A stretch of DNA of 63,751 nucleotides, counting the filler, from Octopus bimaculoides (Eukaryota): NCBI RefSeq assembly GCF_001194135.2. It is 4 parts of 4 records of this genome, joined end to end, with 100 filler letters (N's around TTAATTAATTAA, not from the genome) between each part and the next. Parts side by side here need not be neighbours in the genome. Positions count along the whole stretch, not along the records: positions 1 to 30,761 come from NC_068984.1; 3 more parts are not named here. The stretch is one strand, 5' to 3'. Made by a program: the position numbers and the translations under genes. Positions 1 to 11,049 of the stretch are shown in pieces (the first letter of the stretch is position 1; every line of letters starts with the position of its first letter). A model generated the notes under the pieces. It saw nothing but the letters and a program-made list of their open reading frames with translations. It had not been told where the DNA came from and made no database searches.

Positions 1-145
1 ATATATATATATATATATATATATATGCATATATATATAGATATATATATATATGCATATATGTATAGATATATATATATATGCATATATATATATATAT
101 ATATATATGCATATATATGTATGTATATATATATATATATAATGC
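1..145. repeat. (AT)n / (ATGC-interrupted) microsatellite
   Basis: Direct: near-pure TA dinucleotide run with occasional GC/AG interruptions. Confidence 0.95.
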
Positions 146-162
146 ATGTATTCTTTTATTAG

Positions 163-224
163 TCAAGAAGCTAGTATGGCTCAAAGGCCAGGAGAGTTTC
201 ACATCCATGCAATTACCGAATTTG
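163..224 (+). CDS. Candidate internal coding exon of an unidentified gene ([20 protein letters not shown])
   Basis: Acceptor ttcttttattAG at 161-162, donor G|GTAAAT at 225, 62 bp open frame (phase 2 to 1); the same-phase antisense frame has a stop. No family recognised. Confidence 0.25.
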
Positions 225-707
225 GTAAATTGCCCATTGACGTGAAACCCTAGTTTACTTGACTTGCCCTCGTTTCCTTTGCCCAGTAAAATTGTAAATA
301 CTCCGCTTTATGTATAGAATTCTGTTTCCACTGTCTGTAAAGCCAAACACGTATGTGTGTATATATGTGTGTGTATGTGTGATTTTGATGGTATATTTTG
401 TTCTGTCAGACTTTAAAAAGTACTTTATGCTTAACTCTGTATGTGCAAAGATATTAAGCACATTCTCTGTGAATGACATGATGTATCTGTGACAAAGTGA
501 TTGCTTCGTAGGCAGATAATAGACATTTGTGCAGTGACTTCTATTGTAAGAATGGTAATGTCTTGGCAGCCTGTCAGTCGGTACACTTTCCCAGTCAGTG
601 ACATGCACACATTGATTCTCTTCCAGAATTCTCCTGTAAATACTGTTTACAATTGTGGACTAATTAATATTTAATACAGAACACACACATACAGCAAACA
701 CTCTTTG

Positions 708-741
<34 letters not shown>

Positions 742-742
<1 letters not shown>

Positions 743-1060
743 AAGGCGCATGGCTCAGTGGTTAAGAGCGTCGGGCTCACACTCATGAGGCTGTGTGTTG
801 TGTTCTTGAGCAAGACACTTTATTTCACGTTGTTCCAGTTCACTCAGCTGTAGAAATGAGTTGCGACGTCACTGGTGCCAAGGTGTATCGGCCCCTTTGC
901 CTTTCCCTTGGGTAACATCGGTGACATGGAGAGAGGAGGCTGGTATGCCTGGGCGACTGCTGGTCTTCCATAATCAACCTTGCCTGGACTTGTGCCTCGG
1001 AGGGTAACTTTCTAGGTGCAATCCCATGGTCAGTCATGATCGAAAGAGGTCTTTGCCCTT
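742..1060 (+). mobile_element. tRNA-derived SINE with CORE-like central domain
   Basis: A-box-like tggctcagtggtt head, then gtgttcttgagcaagacactttatttcac...ccagttcactcagctg (CORE-type block); related copies at 13684, 27820 and 8765. Confidence 0.8.
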
Positions 1061-1125
<65 letters not shown>

Positions 1126-1739
1126 NNNNNNNNNNNNNNNNNNNNNNNNNNNNNNNNNNNNNNNNNNNNNNNNNNNNNNNNNNNNNNNNNNNNNNNNNNN
1201 NNNNNNNNNNNNNNNNNNNNNNNNNNNNNNNNNNNNNNNNNNNNNNNNNNNNNNNNNNNNNNNNNNNNNNNNNNNNNNNNNNNNNNNNNNNNNNNNNNNN
1301 NNNNNNNNNNNNNNNNNNNNNNNNNNNNNNNNNNNNNNNNNNNNNNNNNNNNNNNNNAAAAATGAATAAAAAAAAATGCCTTTGAATCAAATGATTATTC
1401 AGGCGATGATATTAATAATAATAATAATAATAATAATGATTATGATGATGGTAAAAATAAATTAAATGCTGTAATTAATATACTTGAACATTGAATGTTT
1501 TCGGAGTGCAATATATATTTTTCTATAGCTGTCTCGTTTCTTTTTGGAAATATGAAAAAAAACAAAAAATCTGTTAATATTTGTATGTATGCATGTATAT
1601 AATGCTTGTTTGTGCATATATGTATGTGTGGGCGTGTGTGTATGCATGTGTGTGTATGTGTGTATAGGTATAGATATACACAGACACACTCACACATACG
1701 TACACACACACATTCATTCTTTAATATTATTCATTAAAT

Positions 1740-1878
1740 AATTCCGCCGAGGTTGACTTTGCCTTTCATCCTTTCGGGGTAGGTAAATTAAGTACCAGTT
1801 ACGTACTGGGGTCGATCTAATCGACTGGTCCCTACCCCCCCCCCCAAATTTCGGGCCCTGTGCCTAGAGCAGAAAAGA
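1740..1878 (+). mobile_element. SINE family A, 5'-truncated
   Basis: ttccgccgaggttgactttgcctttcatcctttcgggg...gtaccagttacgtactggggtcgat, matching copies at 5075, 10735, 24838 and 26303. Confidence 0.85.
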
Positions 1879-1899
1879 TTAATATTCATTAAATTAGTT

Positions 1900-2520
1900 A
1901 GTTGGGAGATGTTTGTGGGTATTGAAACTTTGATCACTGTATTCAAGTATTGAAGGCATTTGAGGAAAGGTTTGTGGTTCTTTTATTGATCTGCTAACAG
2001 AGCGGGTTTGAAGAATCTTTGTTTCGCTCTAAAGATCTCTTTGAGATTGTTAACTTCTCCAGATAACAACCGCAAATGCCCAGGCTTTAGTAGGGCACAT
2101 TCACAGAACCGGTATTTGGATAACTAATTGAGGAACATTGGATGTCAGTTCTTGTATTCTTTGATTGTACCATTTTCTTCTTCTGTTCTGACTGAATGTC
2201 TGTAGGTTCATAACAAGGGGGTCTTTGTGGGGGACAGTTCCATCTCTTCTGACCATAGATATTCCAATGTATGAATGCCTGTATATAAGTATGTATGTGT
2301 GTATATATATATGTATGCATGTATGTGTGTGTGTGTGTGTAGATACTCTTGGACTGAAAGACAAATGGATAGGAATTTTTATGACTCTAACTGCATCAAT
2401 CTTGGCAGTCTCCAAGAGCCTCCAGCAGTCACAGGAACTGACCCTCCTTCTTAAATTCTCCCTCTCACCCCACTTCCCATTAAATGGAATCAAAAACAAT
2501 TCATAAGTTTCCTTCAATGA
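1900..2520 (-). mobile_element. Highly degenerate Penelope-like RT C-terminal remnant
   Basis: Minus-strand peptide fragments MVQSKNTRTDIQCSSISYPNTGSVKCAL and EVNNLKEIF resemble the PLE thumb pattern VYRKPTHTDQYL..SHHP..VK / E..HLK.IF. Many stops and an internal microsatellite. Confidence 0.3.
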
Positions 2521-3399
2521 TTTGTTCTAAATACCATTCCACAGACATGACATATTTATGAAGAAATGACATCTCGAAGTAACTGGTCAAGGGTGAGAGA
2601 AAGGTCAGTTAATGTGTTCAATGGTTAATGAAAGGAGGGATGAAATATATTTTAGGGAGAAGAAATAGTTTGAAATGAAAGATGTGGGATTTTAGAATTT
2701 TCATGTTTCACAATCTTGGATGCTATTTCCGAAAGAGAGACAGAGAAACAANNNNNNNNNNNNNNNNNNNNNNNNNNNNNNNNNNNNNNNNNNNNNNNNN
2801 NNNNNNNNNNNNNNNNNNNNNNNNNNNNNNNNNNNNNNNNNNNNNNNNNNNNNNNNNNNNNNNNNNNNNNNNNNNNNNNNNNNNNNNNNNNNNNNNNNNN
2901 NNNNNNNNNNNNNNNNNNNNNNNNNNNNNNNNNNNNNNNNNNNNNNNNNNNNNNNNNNNNNNNNNNNNNNNNNNNNNNNNNNNNNNNNNNNNNNNNNNNN
3001 NNNNNNNNNNNNNNNNNNNNNNNNNNNNNNNNNNNNNNNNNNNNNNNNNNNNNNNNNNNNNNNNNNNNNATCCATATAGTAGTATATCTAGGACTATAGT
3101 GTTCAGTGTGTTCTTCTGTTTTTTAAGACAACAGGATGTAATTTGAGGCAGCTTTTGTCTGCTGCTACTATTTCTTGCACAGTGAGTATCTGTATGAGGC
3201 TGCATTGCGAAAATGCACAATAAAACTCTTCATGTAGTTCTTATATTTCCTGTGACAACAACAACAACAGTAGTAGTAGTAGCTGCAGCAGCATTAATAA
3301 CAATTGTTACAACATAACATAAAATAGCTATGAATGTAGTTTCAGTCTTTTTGGCTAAAACCACAAAAACAAAAGCAGCCAACCCATTTGTTACTTCTG

Positions 3400-3960
3400 A
3401 GGTACCACATCTTGCTGCACCTAAGACCTTGTACTCCATGGTACCTTAACCACATGTACCCGACCGAAGCCATTCTACTTCATGGTTTGACAATCACATG
3501 TTCTAAGGTTTTTATACAAGATAGTAGCTGAACCACATGGTTCTAGATTTAAACTCTGCTGAATGTAAGAACCACATGTTTCCAAATCTTATACTACATG
3601 GTACCAGGACCACATATTCTTGAACATAAGCTGCTATATAACTTGGGTACCAGGATATGTTCCCAGAGCAAACACTTTGTACAGCATGACCACATGTATA
3701 TTAGCAAGTCTACATGTTTTAAGGTACCAGAACCATGTGGTTTCAGATCTGAGACTTGTACTACATGATTCCAATACTGCATTTCAAGATCTAACACATC
3801 AAAGAAAAACATGTAGGACAACAGGTTCCTTGACCTCAACTGTCATATAATAGGAATACATAATACATGTTCTTGGACATAATTAGGTACCGTGACCACA
3901 TGGTACCTAGTTCTTCGACTTTGGCCTTCATGCAGCTGAATACCAGGATCACGTTTCTGG
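3400..3960. repeat. Degenerate minisatellite with recurring GGTACC(AGG)ACCACATG motif
   Basis: About 7 copies each of ggtacc and accacat at irregular 35-90 bp spacing. Confidence 0.6.
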
Positions 3961-4029
3961 ATGTAACTCTGCAGAGAATAAAAAATTAGGATTTCATTAT
4001 TTCATATCCTTCACTCTCGGACATCCAGT

Positions 4030-4230
4030 CTGCTTACCTACCTATCTACATACCTACCTACCTTACCTAATTACATACCCACCACCTTACCTACATGTGT
4101 GCCTACCATTCACCCCATTTACCTACCACTCTACCAACCTGTCTACCCCTCTACCTATGTGCCTGTCACTCTATGGACCTTTCCATTTCCTTCCACCTAC
4201 TACGTGCCTACCTACCTACCTACCTACCAC
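4030..4230. repeat. Degenerate (ACCT)n tetranucleotide repeat
   Basis: Direct: repeated tacc/cctac units. Confidence 0.8.
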
Positions 4231-4329
4231 ATCTTGACAAATGTCTTTTACCATAGCTTCAAGTTGGCCAAAGTTTCAGTGAAATCGGGGTAGATAGGAA
4301 ACTGTGAGGAAGCCTATTGAAAGACTGTG

Positions 4330-4500
4330 CCTGTAATTTAAAGGTAAAGCCTTGTTATACACTGTGTCATAGTGACTCCATCTGAGAATTATACTTATTA
4401 AGGGTACATATGCATCTGTGGTATATTCAGCCACTTTCACACTAACCCAATGAACAAGAAATTCAGTCGATTAAACAATTGGAACACGTGTCATGAAAAC
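4330..4500 (+). mobile_element. SINE family D, 3' part
   Basis: gtaatttaaagg..agccttgt..cactgtgtca...ttaagggtaca...tctgtgg..ta.tcagccactt aligns with the body of the full copy at 44421-44822. Confidence 0.65.
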
Positions 4501-5074
4501 CATCAGAGAACCATTCTTTATCTTATTTAAAAAATTTTCTACAACCACAAAACCTAAGATTTGATCTCAGTCACTTATGTTTAACAATGTTGACTTGTTG
4601 GGTTACTATGTGTCAGCCCCATGTAGGCCTGTGCCCACCCTTGATGGTGCTGTTAAAATCTTTTGAGGCCCCAGTAATAGCTCCCTCAATTCTATATATG
4701 TATGTATATTGTATATGTATAGAATTGATGGAAATGAACAGGTTGGGTTGTGGCTTACAGGAGTCTGAGTTTTACTGTTTTCAGTATTGTTGTGGCATTT
4801 AGTTCGGTTCCTCTGTACCATGGGTTCAATTCCTACCTCTGTTGACTTTGGTATCAGTTTTACTCATCCTTGGAGGGATGGAAAAAAACAGTCATGTCTT
4901 AATATCAATTCCAGCAAGTAGGGTCCTCCTCTGCAATTTTAGGGCTTTACACCAACAGAAAGCATTATGGTTGTTGTTGTTGTTGTTGTTGTTACAAGTA
5001 GTCCTACTCATTCTTGTAGGAAAAGGTGCCATAGATATTATCATCGTTATTATTATTATTATTATTATTATTAA

Positions 5075-5280
5075 AAAAGGCAGCGAACTGGCAGAATTGT
5101 CAGCATGCCGGACAAAATGCTGCTAAGCACTTTATCAATCTTTATGTTCTGATTTCAAATTCTACTGAGGTCAGCTTTGCCTTTTATCGTTTCAGGGTCA
5201 ATAAAATATGTACCAATTGAGCACTGGGGTCGATATAATCGCTTAGCACCCACCCATGAAATTTCAAGCCATGCACCAAT
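5075..5280 (+). mobile_element. SINE family A
   Basis: Head aaggcagcgaactggcagaattgtcagcatgccgg, B-box-like ttcaaattc, body gccttt.atc.tttc.gggtc.ataa. Confidence 0.8.
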
Positions 5281-5899
5281 AATAATAATTATTATTATTA
5301 TTTTGCCATGAGAGGGCTGGTGTCTGTGTCTTTTGAATCTACCTGTCTGTAAAAGAAATTAGCTCTTGTTTTATTGACCAGAGGAATTAGTAGAATTATA
5401 GGGTCATCTTAATCTAACTTGAATTTCAAATCCTACCTGTTAGCATTGAACTCAGTTGAGCAGCATTTATCAGTGTGTGTGTGTGTGCGCTCTATTATTG
5501 TGCCAAATTAGCTCTGCGCCATCAATAGACTTAGAGATTCCCTCAACCTACCCTACACACCTTTCCTAGCTTAAGACTCACCTTGAGGGAATCATTGTTT
5601 TCTACTACTACTACCACTGCTGCTGCTGTTACAAAATTAGTGAATAGACATTACCCATAAGGTTTCTCTCCAATCCTTCCTCTCTGGAAATGGACTCCCC
5701 ACTGACAATCCTTTCTTGGTCACACTCTACCTACTGACATCAAACTCTAAATATATGAACTACATTAATCTCACCTGTCTTGTGAGGCCCTACCTTACCT
5801 GTATTATGTGGTTTTACTTCGGTTCAGCATCTAATGCCAGTGCTGGTCACTGGAGCTTGACTTCAATGGAAGTTAAACTGTAATGTCCCTAGGAAGGTG

Positions 5900-7800
5900 G
5901 GGTTGTCTGTACAAGACTACTTAGCATTGATCTTATTCACTCGTTTGGTTTGGACAGATATTTAAATTGGTATTCAGCTTTATATTAAACTGATATCAGG
6001 CTGATCCCTACTGCCATACCTAAAATGATTCCATACCATATTCTAGAATCTTCTATATAACTTGACACTGGCAGATGTGATAAGATTCTTTTAGTAAAGG
6101 GTCCCACAACTGATTTCTGTCAACTTCCACACTCCAACCTCTGGTTGGGCCACGTACTGTCTCCTTTCTCTCTTGTGTATTCTATTTCTTGGAGTAGGTT
6201 GGTCTTCTCCCTCTTCCTCACCCTTCTCTCCATTTCTCATCACCTTTGTGTTCGCCCTCTACTCTACCCTCACGTCTCACATGAACTACAAGGATTTTCG
6301 AAATTTACCATTCTGCTCATTCTTGGGAATTCTTATTCACAGTCCCAGACCACATCATTCTGGCAGTGGAATTGGTTGATTGACATCCAAATTGTCAAAT
6401 TAGGGACAATATTGTTCCACTTGTTCACAGATTTTTGGTTCAGTTTCCTAAGTAGTATCTTGTGGTATTGTGGGCCCCAAACATACTCTGCTTCTTTAGA
6501 GAAAAAGAGTGATAAAGAAAGAAAATCTCGATTGAGGGACTAGGAATATGGAAAGCTGTTAAAGCTGTTATTGGTGACCAGATGTGGAAGAAGATGTTGA
6601 AGTTCCACAGTTTCGTTGTGTTCTTCAACCTCATTCACTGCCCCAACAGATTCCTGTTCTCAGGAATCCCCATTTAACAACTTCTTCTACCCCTGGTCCC
6701 CAATCACTGCTTCAACAGTCTGGCTATGTATTTAGGGTTAACAAACTTTTGCTGTGTGAATATCAACCTAAATAAACAAGATATTTTTATCTGAAATGTC
6801 TCCTTATTTCATAATAGAGACAATGAAAGCAGACAATAACTTGTGGAAATCAATTCTGTGATAGCTTAGGGTCCTTTTCACAGTCGATAAAGCTGTAAGC
6901 CCTTTTATATAGCCTAAACCTTTTAAATACTTTTAAAGTGCACTAAGTATCAGTTCAGCACTTCTGTTAAGTGTGGACCAATTCCAGTACCTCAAACTGT
7001 ATCCAAAATGGTTCATCTTCAATACTTCAAACTTTTTTAGATTCCAACAGGTTTTAAAGATCAGTAATCATGACATGATGTTAAGTTTGCATCAATTCAT
7101 TTCTCTCACATTTTCTAGCGTCTTTGCTAACCCAGGATCCCCCCGCCCCTCACTCATACACTGTTTCTGATTCATAATTACCATTCTGTTCTCTAAACAC
7201 ATCTCTGACCCTACTCACCTCTTCGACCGAAGATAAACTGTAGCATTTATTATCCATCTGCTTTGATTCTAACTTGGGTGGCTGGTTTAAGACCTCACCC
7301 AGTCTACTACCAGGATGTGGTCCTTGCTTTCTGTGTCAGAGTTCATTCTGTTGCAGACATTTGGACCAGGTCACTGGTTCCCTTCCTGCCCACNNNNNNN
7401 NNNNNNNNNNNNNNNNNNNNNNNNNNNNNNNNNNNNNNNNNNNNNNNNNNNNNNNNNNNNNNNNNNNNNNNNNNNNNNNNNNNNNNNNNNNNNNNNNNNN
7501 NNNNNNNNNNNNNNNNNNNNNNNNNNNNNNNNNNNNNNNNNNNNNNNNNNNNNNNNNNNNNNNNNNNNNNNNNNNNNNNNNNNNNNNNNNNNNNNNNNNN
7601 NNNNNNNNNNNNNNNNNNNNNNNNNNNNNNNNNNNNNNNNNNNNNTACAGAATGGGAGAGATATTTACAAAGTGTCCTCTTTTCCATAGGGGTAAACTGA
7701 ATCCCTACACCTGTTCAGTAAGGGGTCACCCATTTAATATGTTAAGGATGGGGAACAGATATTGGAAAATCTCTTGCTGAGCCCTTCAAACAGTGACAGA
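5900..7800 (-). mobile_element. Possible decayed Gypsy-type LTR retrotransposon (gag knuckle, protease, integrase remnants)
   Basis: On minus strand, in order: VCFHC (knuckle-like, ~6830), FLRTG (LRDTG-like, ~6660), VGVWKLTEI...SYHICQ (GHLGVRKT...SCHICQ-like, ~6060-6140). Heavily disrupted; no LTR seen. Confidence 0.3.
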
Positions 7801-8079
7801 CTGAGGAACTGATCAATTCGTTAAGAAAATGGGGTTGGGGGGATGAGGGGTGGGGTATTATTTTTTCCCCCAATATAAATTATAATTACAAATCGAAAAC
7901 AAACAATAAATAAAAGAAACTCTTAACGACTTCACCATTTTCTGCTCCCTAATTATATCTAGACAATTAAAACTGTAATTAAAATAATTAAATAAATGAA
8001 TATAAAAATTACTGCTTTTCTTTTAAATACTTTTTGAGGTTTTCAGGTTTATTGTCGTTCAAACGTAACTCAATCCTGT

Positions 8080-8340
8080 TCCAGTTGAATCACGATCAAA
8101 GACCTTCTAACTGCGACCATCCAGTATTATTCAAACTGTGTCTACAGAATCACATTAACCGATGTGTCCTTCCTTATTGAAGACTGTGGGAGAGGAGATA
8201 TGGTTGCTATTTCTCGGACGTTGAGTGACCACGAAGAAGTTGGGTGTTTTGTTGATGCTGCAGTTATCGTTTAGCCTTGGTCAGTTCTGATCCGGTTGAG
8301 AGGATATGATTAAAGATCTGACCATGACAACACTACCCAA
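8080..8340 (-). mobile_element. SINE-like repeat family C fragments
   Basis: Reverse complement gaaatagcaaccatatctc...aaggaaggacacat matches 47735-47800 (tgctagaagaggcagttaaatc...aaggaaggacact). Confidence 0.5.
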
Positions 8341-8457
8341 AGTATCCTTCCTTTTTTTTTTAAGGGAGTCTACTATCTAGCTTCTGTTTCGTCACAAGAA
8401 TATATCAGTAGTAGACAAAAATCTTCCAGCAGCGATGTCTGGCACTGCTAAGTACAT

Positions 8458-8506
8458 ATTTCCGACTCATGGGGTTTCGTGTTTACCAGTGCAATCATCA
8501 GTAAAT
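8458..8506 (-). ncRNA. Degenerate hammerhead-ribozyme-like core
   Basis: Minus strand: attta CTGATGA ttgcactggtaaacac GAAA c cccatga GTC ggaaat. Core and GUC triplet are present; stems I and II carry mismatches. Confidence 0.35.
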
Positions 8507-8654
8507 TTTCAACCAACGTTTTACTAGATCAGTGGCAGCTGATTTCGTATTATTAGCATGCGGTTGCCAATGGATAGTTACTACTGACGAAACCTGAAAA
8601 TGCAGAAATTCCTATTTAGTAATGTGACCCTGCTTCTTGACTATTCTCGTCTGC

Positions 8655-8760
8655 TGTTTTACTCTTTTGTTTCAGTCATTTGACTGTGGCCATGCTGGAG
8701 CACCGCCTTTAGTCGAAGAAATCGACCCCAGGACTTATTCTTTGTAAGCCTAGTACTTAT
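8655..8760 (-). mobile_element. SINE family B, 3' tail
   Basis: Reverse complement of the tail of the full copy at 26693-27120 (aagtactaggctta..aaagaataagtcc...ccagcatggccacagtcaaatgactgaaac). Confidence 0.85.
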
Positions 8761-8764
8761 ATGT

Positions 8765-9010
8765 GATATTAACGTGCAATTGGCTGCGTCCTCCACAGAC
8801 ACAGGTACCGTTAATGCAGTTACCAGGGAGATTCAGCGTGACACAGAGTGTGACAAGGATGGCCTTTTGAATTACAATTTATTTTTGCCAGCTGAGTAGA
8901 GCAATGTGAAATAAAGTGTCTTGTTCCGGGACACAACTCGCAACCAGGAATCGAACTCACGACCTTATTATCGCCAGCCGAATACCCTAACCACTAATTC
9001 ACGCGCCTCC
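8765..9010 (-). mobile_element. tRNA-derived SINE (CORE/D-type)
   Basis: Minus strand head ggaggcgcgtgaattagtggttagggtattcggc...gagttcgattcctgg (A/B boxes), then gtgtccc...aagacactttatttcac. Confidence 0.75.
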
Positions 9011-9249
9011 ACCATTGTCAGACATAATAACCCTTTCTACTAAAGGCACAAGGCCCGAAATTTGGTGAACAGGGGACTAATCTGTTACAGCGACGCCAGA
9101 ACTCCTCAATCATCGCAAAAAGAGCCAATTCCCACAAAAATGGAAGAACACAATGCTGTATACATCTAAGGAAGATGGAGGTACACCATCAGCTTGGTAG
9201 AGAAGAAACTCACATGAAACAATCGAAGAAAAACTTTTCGAAACAATAA

Positions 9250-9450
9250 AATTTCAAACTTTGGTACAAAGCCAATAGTTTCAGGGTGAACGAGATAATC
9301 GATTATATCGACCCGATTGATTGACTTTTACTTTATGTCGTCGACCCCGAGGGATGAAAAGCAAAGGTGGCCACTGCAGGATTTGATCTTAGAGCGTAAA
9401 AGACCGGAAAAATACTGCAAAACATTTTTTCTGACTCTAACAATTCTGTC
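9250..9450 (-). mobile_element. SINE family A, diverged
   Basis: cgaccccgagggatgaaaagcaaagg...gatttga is the reverse complement of the family A body. Confidence 0.6.
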
Positions 9451-9914
9451 ACCCTGAAAAACACCTGAGCAGGTGTTTACCTGCGTATTGTTATCGTAGT
9501 TACCGCCGTGAAGAAGTTTGCCAAGACCTGATCAACTGTTATCCTCTCAGCCTTACAATTGAATATACGACCATTATCTATGATGTTATAAATCTTTCAA
9601 AAGAAGAATTGCGAAGAATGGCGGAGAGACAATCTGTCTGTGCATCTGTTTATTTTAGTTCTAAATCAATTATGATTTTTCTACTAACGTCAAGTGTTTA
9701 TATGTAAATGTCTACAACAGTAGAAACACCAAAATAGTCCACAACTATTTTTGTTGACACTAGAAGTATGTACGATGCTGAGAAACAGCTATTTTGTATT
9801 TTCGACTAAAACAAGTGATGGTGTTTTTGCTAAATAAAATAACCACTTTAACAATTCTAATGTGGGAAAAACTGCTTCCCAAATAAATATGAGGTATTTA
9901 TTTCTATTGCTGGT

Positions 9915-10588
9915 TGCGCATTAAGCAAAATAAGCACCTGCGTAGGGTATCGAGCGAATGGGGCACCACAGAAATGGTAAATGGCTTACGGTACTGTTGT
10001 ATCTGTCTTTTGACGATGGTTGTCACTCTGATAGATATTGCTATGTTCCAAAGTCGTCAATAGAATGGTTCTATCTGGCACTGTACGACACCCAGTCGTA
10101 CAGTGTTGTTATCTTCAAAAGGTTGGATCGTTATATCGTCCACTCAGTATCACAGTATAATTACTATATCAGTACAGACCCGACTATCAACACAGTCTAC
10201 ACCTACTGTCAACCTTCCTGAACCTCTCCCGGGAAGGGGTGTACAGTTTCACTATACAACAGGCACAAAAGGAATCCCTTTAAATTTGTTAAAATAATAT
10301 CTGAAGTGGTTTATATGACTGGAAATATAATTTCGAAATGTCCATGGTTTCATTGTGAGAATCGGATCAAAGACTTTACAATTTAAAAAAAGTAGGAGAA
10401 AAAGTTTCAAATATAAATAAAATAGAAGTGTAAACATTATTTTCCATCTTGCTGCTAGCTTTATTTCATTTCAAAAAATAAAAATTTATTTAATGGTTTA
10501 TTATTGTTTGTGTTTTGAATTACAGACAGATGGGGGGATCCAAAATTTTAAAGTGCTTAAGGCCTCTGAGGGTCTGAATCCGGCCCTG
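9915..10588 (+). mobile_element. Non-autonomous hAT-type DNA transposon with an internal insertion
   Basis: Shares agcaaaataagca...gcaccacagaaatggtaaatgg and gatcaaaga.ttt...aaaaaaagt.ggagaaaa..tttcaaatataaat with the minus copy at 56650-56990. Ends in aatccggccctg (CAGGGCCGGATT-type hAT terminus). Confidence 0.6.
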
Positions 10589-10734
10589 TCATTCGCACAT
10601 ACTCCAAGCAACGTGTAGTAAAATATTAGGTGTTTATGAAAATTGCATCAATCAAATGTGCTACGACAAAAGAAAAAAAAAAAAAAATGTCCTAAGGGTC
10701 ATAGCGTTCCTCTTACAATATTTCACAATATATC

Positions 10735-10912
10735 AAGGCGGCGAGCTGGCAGAAATGTAAGCAGGCCGGGCGAAATTCTTACTGGTATTTCGTCTGCCGC
10801 TATGTTCTGAGTTCCGCCGGGGTCGATAAAGTACCAGTTTCGCACTGGGGTCGATGTAATCGACTTGATCCCTTGCCCCAAATTCGAGGCCTTGTGCCCC
10901 CAGTAGAAAGGA
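10735..10912 (+). mobile_element. SINE family A (internal deletion)
   Basis: aaggcggcgagctggcagaaatgtaagcaggccgggcgaaat...ggggtcgataaagtaccagtt. Confidence 0.9.
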
Positions 10913-10991
10913 TTATATACACACATTTATATAAGCATTACATACCATATATACATTGTTTATGTATACATATACATACATAAAGATATAC

Positions 10992-11049
<58 letters not shown>

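Noticed and set aside
742-800. tRNA gene calls for SINE heads (here and at other SINE copies)
   Set aside because: A/B boxes are present but there is no complete cloverleaf; each continues into a SINE body.
1026-1390. ORFs spanning N-runs (and all similar X-filled ORFs, e.g. 16978-18283, 21336-22289, 23917-24949, 49362-50591)
   Set aside because: They stay open only because N codons hide stops; the flanks are microsatellites or SINEs.
9958-10221. 87 aa ATG-initiated ORF
   Set aside because: Starts within a hAT-derived repeat and runs through its nested insert; no recognisable protein features.
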